This document shows positions 53,001 through 64,000 of a DNA stretch of 64,000 nt, one piece after another. The stretch is from assembly GCF_006345805.1 (NCBI RefSeq), contig NC_042999.1, positions 8,184,001-8,248,000 on the forward strand, read 5' to 3'. This stretch comes from Octopus sinensis (lineage: Eukaryota). Position numbers and translations under genes: made by a program. Under the pieces are notes generated by a model. It searched no databases, was not told where the DNA came from, and saw nothing but the letters and a program-made list of their open reading frames with translations. Position 1 is the first letter of the stretch, and each line of letters starts with the position of its first letter.

Positions 53001-55728
53001 TTTTTTTTTATGTTATAGTGTTGTTATGTCTTCCCAAAATGCTCAACATGTTACAATAAGGCTGTGTGTGTGGAGTTATCATCTTAAATATATTAGAGGA
53101 AAACATAATCTATATTTGCTGTGACTAAATTAAATTTCTATATTTTAAATTTTAATAGATATTTAATTTAAAATCTATGAATATCAATTGTGTTGCTCTC
53201 TGCTACATTAACATGCTGAACTGCACATAAAAAGCTACATGCACAGATAGACAAGCATGTGTACATGCATATGTATTATGTATGTGTACGAAATGATACA
53301 TACATGTACATACATCCATACATCTATACATATATATATATCTATCTATATATATCTATCTATATATATATATATATATATACATACACACACACACACA
53401 TACATATATATATATACATATATATATACATATAAATATATATATACATACATATATATACATATATACATACATACATATATACATACATATATACATA
53501 CATACATACATACATATATACATACATATATACATACATATATGCATACATATATATACATACATATATACATACATACATATATATACATACAAATATT
53601 TATATAAGTCTTTTCAATTACTGTCAGGAAGTTGAATTTCACTTCATGAAACGAAGCAGCCATTTATTTAGATGGAAAATTGAGATATTTGAGTGAATGG
53701 GATAAAAATATTTATTGGACACATGATTATTTTAAGGTTATCATTTTGTTTGTGATGTTTACATGGAAACCGAAATTAATTGTTGAGTTTCAAGTTTCAC
53801 TGAACAGTCCTGGAACGCAATATAGAAGTTTCTAGATGTTGTTTCTTATCAACTGAACCCTGATTCAGGAGAACTACAATCACAGACATTCAAATACTGA
53901 CCATTCCGTATTGTTCTTTGTTTCATTAATTTTCTATCTTGAACTTTATCACGCTATATATCCATTTATTATAAAGATAATAAGATATCTGTTTCAAAGG
54001 AGGTTTGACTTGTTTCTAACGCTTAAAGAGACCATGTTGTGGTCAACTTTTGTTGTCAACTACAATCTCCATTTGATTTGATTTTGATATTGCTGTTGAT
54101 GTCGATGTACTTGACTCAATAGGTTTCCTCAAGCATGGCATGTCACCCTACGACCCAAGGTACTTTTGAGTGGGCTGGTTATGCGACACAGGTGTAGCTT
54201 ACAGCTGTGGATTCACTTTATTTGCTGGGTCTTCTCAGTCACAGCATACCTCCAGTGGCCCCGGTCTTTTGTCATTGCCTCTGTGAGGCCCAACATTCGA
54301 AGGTCATACTTCCCCACCTCACCCCATGTCTTCCTCGGTCTCCCTCTCTTTACTCTCTTTTACTCTTTTACTTGTTTCAGTCATTTGACTGTGGCCCCGC
54401 TGGAGCACCGCCTTTAATCGAGCAACTCGACCCCGGGACTTATTCTTTTGTAAGCCCAGTACTTATTCTATCGGTCTCTTTTGCCGAACCACTAAGTAAC
54501 GGGGACATAAACACACCAGCATCGGTTGTCAAGCAATGCTAGGGGCACAAACACACTCACACAAACACGCACACGCATATATATATATATACATATATAC
54601 GACGGGCTTCTTTCAGTTTCCGTCTACCAAATCAACTCACAAGGCTTTGGTTGGCCCAAGGCTATAGTAGAAGACACTTGCCCAAGGTGCCATGTGGTGG
54701 GACTGAACCCGGAACCATGTGGTTGGTAAACAAGCTACTTACCACACAGCCACTCCTGCACCTATAAAGGGATCTCTACCCCAGATCCCTTTATTTTTCT
54801 TACCATATGGTCATCTCACTTCTGCCTTATATGTATACGTATATGTAAATACAGGTGCATGGTTCAGTGGTTAGAGCATCGGGCTCACAATCACGAAGTA
54901 GTGAGTTCGATTCCCAGCCTGGGCTGTGTGTTGTGTTCTTGAGCAAGACATTTGATTTCATGTTGCTTCACTTAACTCAGCTGTAGAAATGAGTTGTGGT
55001 GATGTCACTGGTGCCAAGCTATATTGGCCCCTTTGCCTTTCCCTTGGACAATATCAGTGGCATGGAGAGAGAAGTCTGGTATGCATGGGAGACTGCTGGT
55101 CTTCCATAAACAACCTTGACCAGACTTGAGCCTCAGAGGGTAACTTTCTAGGTGCAATCACATGGTCATTCGTGATCGAAAGGGGTCTTCACTCTTCACC
55201 CTATGTAGACACTAACTCATTTGTGTGTATATATAGATGTATGTAGATTTGTGTATATGTGTATATCATCATCGTCATCATCACCATTTAGCGTCCGCTT
55301 TCCATGCTAGCATGAGTTGGACGGTTCAACTGGGGTCTGTGAAGCCAGAGGCTGCATCAGGCCCAGTCTGATCTGGCAGTGTTTCTACGGCTGGATGCCC
55401 TTCCTAACGCCAACCACTCCGTGAGTGTAGTGGGTGCTTTTTACGTGCCACCCGCACAGGTGCCAGACAGAGCTGGCAAACGGCCATGAACAAATGGTGC
55501 TTTTTACATGCCACCGGCACGGGGGCCAGGCGAGGCTGGCAATGGCCACGAACGGATGGTGCTTTTATATATGTATAAATATGTTTATATAAATACACTT
55601 GTGTGTGTGTGTGTGTGTGTGAATGTGTGTGCATGGATATATATGTATGTGTGTGTATATGTGTGCATTTGTATATATGTGTGTGTGTTCATGTATATAT
55701 AAGTGTGTGTGTGAATGTATATGTATGA

Positions 55729-55773
<45 letters not shown>

Positions 55774-55980
55774 CATGTATCAATAGAGATAGATATGTTT
55801 GCAAGAGAGAGAGAGAGAGAAAGAGAGTGAGAGAGAGAGAGAGGGGGGTGGGGGGTGTAGGTGTATACAAATAAGAATTCTTTATATTTGGTTGACTTAT
55901 CCCAAACCTCAACCTGAATCTGCAATGATTGTATTTGGGGGATTATCTTCATCCTTGTCCATCTTCTTAATATTTTTCAG

Positions 55981-56161
55981 GTAAATAAATTGTTCCTGCC
56001 ACCCTCCAACACTTTGCACCCGACTTTCCTGTTTGGTTACGTGATTCACAGCGGCCAGCGAGGCCTGTTCAAACTGGATATCGAAGAAATGAAATATATA
56101 AAGAATATTGATCTCAACCAATATAACTGTGAACCAGAAAATCTGGCTTTTATTCCACTAG
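55981..56161 (+). CDS. FSTL5: FSTL4/5-like exon G
   Basis: Acceptor aatatttttcag|, donor G|gtgagt, phase 0 to 1. VNKLFLPPSNTLHPTFLFGYVIHSGQRGLFKLDIEEMKYIKNIDLNQYNCEPENLAFIPL(G) parallels FSTL5 [31 protein letters not shown] (recalled). The next exon was not found in the window. Confidence 0.93.
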
Positions 56162-57639
56162 GTGAGTTTTTTCTACACTATTTGTATAGACAAAAAAAAC
56201 AACAAAAATGGCAAAAATACAAACAAAACAAAAAAAAAAACCCTTCTTCAATGCATGTCTAGAATATATAAGACACATATACATATATATTTATATACGC
56301 CAATGTACATACATGCATATATATAGATGTATGTATATATGTACACATGTATTTATGTATATATATATATATACATACATGTGTGTGTGTATATATATGT
56401 ATATACATAGACATTTATATGCATGTGTATGTATATATACATATATATATGTGTGTGTGTATGTGTATATATATATATATATATGTGTGTATCTCTCTAT
56501 CTAGCTACCTATATATATATATATATACGCACACATGTATGTATATACTATATACATACAAACGTGTGTACATATATACATACATGTATATATATATATG
56601 TATAAATGTACAATGGTATGTATAAATATATATGTATATGCATCATATATATATGTATATATATGTGTATCTCTCTATCTATCTACCTATATATATATAT
56701 ACACACACACACACACATATATATATGTATATATATATGTGTGTGTGTGTGTATGTGTGTAATATTATAGACAAGCATCCCATGCTTTGTGCTTTCATGT
56801 GTGTGTTTTTGCATGTGTGTTTCAAGTACGATTACATGGCTACATGTGCTTATAAATATAAATATGTTTCTTGTGTTTCCGTACGCCTGTATTTCTCTAT
56901 TTGTATATTTGTTTATGAATATCATTGCTTAATATCTCTGTTCACTCTCTACATAAATATCCCCATGTTTTCTAAGTGTACACGTGAGCATATGTACATA
57001 TATGTATGTATATATATATATATACATATATACACACACGAGTGCATGACCAAATATTCTCAATTTATTGTGATTGTGTTTGCATTTTTCTTCTTTTCTG
57101 TTTGTTTTATGTTGCCTTTATTGAATTTATTTTGATTCCCCCTTTAATGTTTCGGCACAATAATCTTCATTTACGAGCAGACATTTCGGATGCATGTTGG
57201 GTGTACACAAGCAACGACATTATGTTGGTTATCAGAATAATCATTTGCTATTTATTACACAGGAATCTCTTTATCTCTTGTAATATGAATATCCTATCTC
57301 TAACCAACGTGCAGTGATATTATTGGATCTGAGGGACACCTTATCAAAATTTATCTTCATATAAAAACCAGCAGGAGAGAGTGAGACTGGTAGAGTTTAA
57401 TATTCTTCTGGTTATTAACTATAGATAGAAATTTAGAATACAAAAATGAAATGATTGACTCGTGAGTTGAACTTGTGTTGCAGATGTCAGCTGTTGGACG
57501 GTTTTACCAATCATCCACGGTGCTCCCAATCAAAAAATTTATAGTTTATAGCAAACCTGGTTGAATCTATGATGTTAATTGAGGTTAATTTATTGAAAGG
57601 TACGTTAATGCTGGCAGTGATTTTAGTAATAGAGTCATG

Positions 57640-58400
57640 AAGTAATATTCGCCAGCCACATCTGGCACCTGTGTCGGTGGCACATAAAGACACCATCCGA
57701 AGACCCGGCGACGTAGACAGTCCACCTGTGCATACCTTCCTTCTTGTGACACTTGTGAAGACCTGTTGAGGCAAGTGACACTTGTGAAGACCTGTTGAGG
57801 CAAGTGAAAAGCAAATCAAATCAAAACAAATCAAAATAGATGAGCATAAATGGAATTTGTATCTTTGTGGTACCAGTGCCGGTGGCACACAAGAAAATCA
57901 TCCGAACGTGGCCGTAGCCAGTACCGCATAGACTGGCCTCCGTGCTTTGGGGACGTAACAAACACCATCCGATCGTGGCCGTCCGCCAGCCTCATCTGGC
58001 ACCTGTGTCGGTGGCACATAAAAACACCATCCGAGCGTGCCGTCTGCCAGCCTCGTCTGGCACCTGCCAGCCTCATCTGGCACCTGTGTCGGTGGCACAT
58101 AAAAACCATCCGAGCGTGGCCGTCTGCCAGCCTCGTCTGGCACCTGTGTCGGTGGCACATAAAAACACCATCCGAGCGTGGCGTTCGCCAGCCTCGTCTG
58201 GCACCTGTGTCGGTGGCACATAAAATCACCCACTACACTCTCGAGTGGTTGGCGTTAGGAAGGGCATCCAGCTGTAGAAACACTGCCAGATCTGACTGGC
58301 CTGGTGCAGCCTTCGGGCTCCCCAGACCCCAGTTGAACCGTCCAACCCATGCTAGCATGGAAAACGGACGCTAAATGATGATGATGATGATGATGATGAT
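57640..58400 (+). mobile_element. Family C retroposon with ~60-bp internal tandem repeats
   Basis: Repeated gccagcctc.tctggcacctgtgtcggtggcacataaaaacaccatccgagcgtggc units, then the family tail and (GAT)n. Confidence 0.85.
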
Positions 58401-59179
58401 AGTTGAAGGTAAACAACATGGCTCTATAATTTTCTGTGACTGATAAGAGAATCCCCTGTGTGCCAAAACTTCTTAGTTTACTCTTTTAAACATTAAAATA
58501 TTTCATTTCTGGCCATGTGCTAATGCATAATGGATGCATGCATAAATGCATAAATGCATAACACAAAATGCATAAAGCAGTCTGCTGTCATATCTGCAAA
58601 ACTGCATGAAACACATTCTGTCGGTCGTTCGTTCACATTTCAAAGAAAGACAATATTGACAGCATTAATATTATCCAAATATCATAGGTATATCAAAGAA
58701 TGAGCTTCTAAGATCAGAGCAGATAATATTGAAATCTTGAAGAGCTTTTCAAGCAAATGGGTGAATGGGAGATAGTTAAGGTTTCTGCCTGTCTACAAAA
58801 ATAACGAAACACCTGCTGTAAATTATAATTCACCTGCTCTAAATTATATTTCCCCAGCAGTAAATTACAATTCAGGAACCATGTGTTGGTACTTGCTAAT
58901 CTTATCCTCTCCACTTTTCACGGAACACTAAAAAAGAGAAAAATATTCCTATTTACTTTATGTGGCCACGTGCCAGTTGCAGTAAAGATTATTTTCTTTA
59001 CATAAAACAAAGCAACAAATGGAATATTTAACATAAAGTTTCCGTTGCCATGCAACAGGTTTCACGTTAAGACATTAAATTATTGAACTGGTTGTGCCTA
59101 TTCTAACCATTCTACCATTCACTGCAGAGGAATAAAATTGGTTTCCAGTTCTCAAAATATCATTAAACTCCACCAGATT

Positions 59180-60200
59180 GTTGGCTGATGCCAGCGTTGT
59201 GTAACTGGCCTGTTGAAAGCACCCTTCAATTGTTGGGTGATATGGCCGTGGCTGATGCCAGTGCTGTCTCACTGGCACCCATGCTGGTGGAATGTAAAAA
59301 GCACTGTTCGAGTGTTGACCCTCTTTGAGGCAATGACAGGTGACTAAGTTCTTTTGCAATATACCATGCTTGTGTTGACCTGTCAAGCCGAGTGAGACCG
59401 TCTCTGTCACCGATGCTGATGTCAGATCAATGGCACCCCTGCCGGTGGCACGTAAAAAGCACCATTCGAGCATTGAGCCTTATGGAGGTAGTGACAGGGG
59501 GTCAAAACCCTTGGCTTGCATTGACCTGTCAAGCCAAGTGAGGCCGTCTTTGTCGCCGATGCTGGTGTCAGATCAATGGCACCCCTGCCGGTGGCACGTA
59601 AAAAGCACCATTCGAGCATTGAGCCTTATGGAGGTAGTGACAGGGGGTCAAAACCCTTGGCTTGCGTTGACCTGTCAAGCCAAGTGAGGCCGTCTTTGTC
59701 GCCGATGCTGGTGTCAGATCAATGGCACCCCTGCCGGTGGCACGTAAAAAGCACCATTCGAGCATTGAGCCTTATGGAGGTAGTGACAGGGGGTCAAAAC
59801 CCTTGGCTTGCGTTGACCTGTCAAGCCAAGTGAGGCCGTCTTTGTCGCCGATGCTGGTGTCAGATCAATGGCACCCCTGCCGGTGGAACGTAAAAAGCAC
59901 CATTTGAGCATTGAGCCTTACGGAGGTAGTGACAGGGGTCAAGGCCCTTGGCTTGCGTTGACCTGTCAAGTCAAGTGAGACCATTGTCGTGGCCGGCCGA
60001 TGCCGGTGTCAGGTCAATGGCACCCGTGCCAGTGGTACGTAAAAGTCACACACTACACTCTCAAAGTGGTTGGCATTAGGAAGGACATCCAGCTGTAGAA
60101 ACGTTGCCAAATCAGATCGGAATCTGGTGCAGCCCCTCAGCTTACCAGTTTTCAGTCAAACTGTCCAACTCCTGCCAGCATGGAAAACGGACGTTAAATG
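59180..60200 (+). mobile_element. Family C retroposon with a 146-bp internal tandem repeat (about 4 copies)
   Basis: tcagatcaatggcacc at 59422, 59568, 59714 and 59860, with a diverged copy near 60009; family tail ends near 60200. Confidence 0.9.
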
Positions 60201-60773
60201 ATGATGACAATGACAATGATGATGATGATGAGGAGGAGGAGGAGGACGAGGAAGAGGAGGAGGAGAACTGACAAGTATTTTGAGTATCCACCTAAGTCCC
60301 TTTTTTTATTAGTAAATGAAAATCCTTTTTCTATCTTGAATGGATTCACAAAAACTAGAGCTTATTTTCTTTAAAAATCTCCTCCAGGTTCAATTCCAAA
60401 TTACCTCAGGTGATACTGTTTGTATAATTGGCGTCTGTTCCTGAGACCCAGACAAAGTGAGTTGTCTAAAGTTACCATATTTTGTGGTAAGGTAGAAGCT
60501 GCATTGTGGAAAATGCATTTGGGTTTTGGAAATATAATTCTTGGAAATAATTCTTATAGTTGCCAAAGTTAAATCTATGTGAAATAATTCTTATTGTTGC
60601 CAAAGTTAAATCTATGTCCAGTAGGTACACACCGAATGCTTGTTATCAGACAAAATTGGCGCACGAGCTAGCAGAGTGCTAATGCCAGTTGCTGAGCTAA
60701 ATTACCAAATAATGGCTACCTTCCTGGTGGTTTGTTGTTGGATATTATTGTTGGACACAATAATATGCTTTAA

Positions 60774-60995
60774 CCCTTTCGTTACCAACCTGGCTGAAAC
60801 CGCTTCTGGCTCTGCAGTACAAATGTCTTGTTTTCATAAGTTTTGAATTAAAATCTTCCACCAAACCTTAAGTCACAATTTATGTTCCTAACACTAACTT
60901 AATAATAAGTAAGTTATTTTGCTAAATTCTTTGTTATATTTAAAGTAATTGAAAGAAACACAGAGCATCTAAAAATAAATACGGTAACGAAAGGG
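60774..60995. mobile_element. piggyBac-type MITE, 222 bp
   Basis: TTAA|CCCTTTCGTTACC ... GGTAACGAAAGGG|TTAA: perfect 13-bp TIR and TTAA on both sides. Confidence 0.92.
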
Positions 60996-63900
60996 TTAAC
61001 TGTCCTGAAATTATTCATCTGATACACTGTACTACCGCATGCACTCCACTGCTGACCACCTGCCAGCTACTAGTACTTGACTACAACTGCTACCAACTCA
61101 CCCTCCTTTCTGCTGATTTCAGTAAACAATGGCAACAACTTTTCAACTAGTATTGGGGAAGATCCATGGTATTTTCCAAGGTATTTCATTGGCAAATGAT
61201 GTATTTTTCCATGCCACAAAATTATGGTAAAAATATCAGACAACTATAAAATCACTTGAGAGCTAAGAGGAACATTACAGAACATAATTTATGGTTCATA
61301 GTTTGAAAACTAGTTAATGTAATAAAGTGCAAATGTGTTACATTTCCTGTTTTCAAACAGCGATATGCTGGGGGTTTATGTGGTTCTGTCTGAGTAGTTA
61401 TAATGTATATTTAAGTATTCAATTAAGTAATAACTTATTCTCCAAGAAATGTTGAGATGTAGTCTTTGACACTTAGAATAAATTTGCTACTATTAAAGTA
61501 TATATATGTGTGTGTGTGTGTTCTCTAGTATATATTTTGTATATATATATATGTATATTTTCTCTTGTATATATTTTGTATATTCTGTTACACACCTCAA
61601 ATATATCCCTTGTCCAAGGAGAGAAAAGTACTGGCTTTATATTTCCGTTCTCTTCCCAGTCTCATGAGATGCTGACAAATAAGCTGCAACCTTGAATAAT
61701 ACATGCATGCTAAAACATTTTAAAAGAATTATCTGGAAAAAACTGTCAAGTTTTGTTGATATTTCTTTGTAATATAATAAATATATTTATAAATGCAGTG
61801 AATTGCATTTATAAGTTACAAATATCAATCATATTTTCGAAATTCACTGTGGATTGGTATGTTTAGAGTGTCTAGGAAGTGCTTCAAAATTTATCTCCTC
61901 CATCTTGTGAATTCTCACTTGGTAAAAGTGTTTTGCGCTGCCTTTAGACAGAAACATCAAATATAAATATGGAACTACCTGTAAGAACAGGAATTACCAA
62001 ATTGATAAAGTATTTGGTAACCAGGTGTAAGGCTGGTACTCTGTGGCCAAGTTATTTAACCCACAAGCAACATATAAATGAAGAATGAGAGCAACTGGAT
62101 TTAAGAAGAAACAACAACATTGTTAAATAGTTTTGTTGGGTTTGTAGCAAAGCATTTGCTGAGATTTGAACCATCTCATTCAGATTCCCCAGTTTGGGAT
62201 CGTGTTCTAACTATATTGTCATAAAAGGAGTCAATGCCTATGTAAGCATGGTTTCATCAATCACATTGACTAGTGTGAAACCAAAGAAGTGGTAAACTTC
62301 AAAGTAAGTTTTGTGAATTTTCCTGCAAGATAGTTATGCTGAAGTTTCTAGAAGTTTTGACTGTATGTTATAAAAGTTTAGAATATTGAAGTCAGGAGCA
62401 AAACACCTTCAGCTGCTACTCAGACCTCTGTTGGTCAGTGGTGTGACAAGCTGTTCTCACTCTTTCCACTTATTTAATCTTTAATGACCACGAACAATTT
62501 TTATATAAGTAATAAAAATATTTTATGCAATTAAGACTTGTAATTGCCATATCCACTCTCCCATGTTTACTGGTTTACTCAAGTAATTGTTGTTGATATA
62601 TAAATACAAATGTTCCATATAAGAAAAGAATATGGAAACTTATGCAAATATTAGTCTTGTTATTCTCACCTTGACACACAGCTTGCCTGATATTGTGTAC
62701 AAACATCAATGAATTAATGACCTTATATCACTAAAAGTTCAGTTTTGTCAATAGGAATATTCACTGGTGATAGACTAGAATCTCATCCAAGAACAGGATT
62801 TTCTCTCACCTGCTTTGTGCCATGGAATCTGGGAATAAAGCACTGACCCACTGGATTGTAGAGGGCTTCAGAACGATATCCAGTTCGTGTGTTTGTGGTA
62901 GGGGTAAGATATTGCTTAGTTGGGGCAGGGAAACACAACACCCATAACTTTTAAAGAGAGAAAGAAGCTATGATTTATAGATTTGCTTCAGAGGAAAGAA
63001 CTCAATCAAATACTTCAACCTGATTGGGGTTTACTAAAAGAACCCAAGAGCCTTGTCATCATCATCATCATCATCGTTTAACATCCGTTTTCCATGCTGG
63101 CATGGGTTGGACAGTTCGACTGGGGTCTGGGAAGCCAGGAGGCTGTACCAGGCTCCAGTCTGATCTGGCAGTGTTTCTACAGCTGGATGCCCTTCCTAAT
63201 GCCAACCACTCTATGAGTGTAGTGGGTGCTTTTTACGTGCCACCGGCACAGGGACCACGCAAGGCTGGCAACGGCCACTATCGGTTGGTGCTTTTTACGT
63301 GCCACCGGCACGGAAGCCAGTTGAGGTGGCGCTGGCAACAGCCACATTTGGATGGTACTTTTTACCTGCCACCGGCACTGGTATCAACTAAAATTTCCAT
63401 CGATTTTTTGATCGATTTCGATTTCACTTGCCTCAACAGGTCTTCGCAAGCAGAGTTTTGTGTCCCATGGCTACATCCCAGGTAAAGGCCCCGGGTTATG
63501 GTCTCACTTGTCCTGCCGGGTCTTCTCACGCACAGCATATTTCCAAAGGTCTCGGTCACTAGTCATTGCCTTGGGGAGACCTAATACTACCTTGTGGTAG
63601 TATTAAGCCAATCAACTGGCACCATCCATATTTCACTCAGAACTTGAGTCATCCAACAAAGATACTTGCTCAAGGTGATGCAAAGAGCGATCAAACAGAG
63701 GATCATGAGAACACTGGGTCATTAGACTGGGAACTTCTTAACCAATTGTCACGACTGATTGGGAGAAGAATGATCAATCTTCTATTTAATCAGGATAGGA
63801 TTGATCTCTTCTCTGTTTGCTTGGGACGTGATTGATTTCTCCTGTGTTTGATGCTATCAACTATGTAGGATTTTTTGAGATTTGGTTAGTGCAAGGGATA

Positions 63901-64000
63901 GATAAGGGGACACACGCTTATACTGGCCAGCACATACACATATACCATTGATATGTATATATATATAGATATATAGATATATATATACATGCCCAAATAG

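Noticed and set aside
57640-60010. CRISPR-like repeat-spacer array
   Set aside because: Eukaryotic context, no cas genes, spacers duplicated rather than unique, and the units lie inside a retroposon.
60547-60617. ~36-bp tandem duplication (similar short ones near 50775-50810 and 57748-57806)
   Set aside because: Ordinary slippage duplications with no further structure.
62755-62850. Candidate next FSTL exon after a tag acceptor
   Set aside because: The phase-1 frame stops early and lacks the expected G.Y...C motif; the next exon is probably beyond the window.

Overview
AT-rich eukaryotic genomic DNA, about 98% intronic or repetitive. The SINE families and microsatellite load look like an octopus (coleoid cephalopod); that assignment is inferred from recognised repeat sequences. 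The only protein-coding gene I can support is an internal run of seven + strand exons (10171-56161, 1233 nt, 411 codon-equivalents, all GT-AG, phases concordant) of a follistatin-like 4/5 (FSTL4/FSTL5-type) gene: Ig1, Ig2 and the start of the C-terminal beta-propeller-like region. Its 5' and 3' exons were not found here. Nearly all other ORFs in the track are microsatellite or SINE artefacts. The introns hold tRNA-type SINEs, an RTE-tailed retroposon with variable internal tandem repeats, RTE LINE fragments, an internally deleted mariner, two Helitron-like elements and a piggyBac MITE. The most notable observations are: (1) at least five sequence-distinct families of minimal hammerhead-ribozyme motifs in Penelope-like repeats, including a head-to-head pair in a 219-bp near-perfect inverted repeat and a direct-repeat pair 645 nt apart; (2) a ~255-nt 28S rRNA fragment enclosed by ~90-bp degenerate inverted repeats 50 nt downstream of an exon; (3) several perfect hairpins and a ~1-kb tandem duplication. 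All alignments and folds were done by eye; repeat boundaries are approximate unless stated otherwise.
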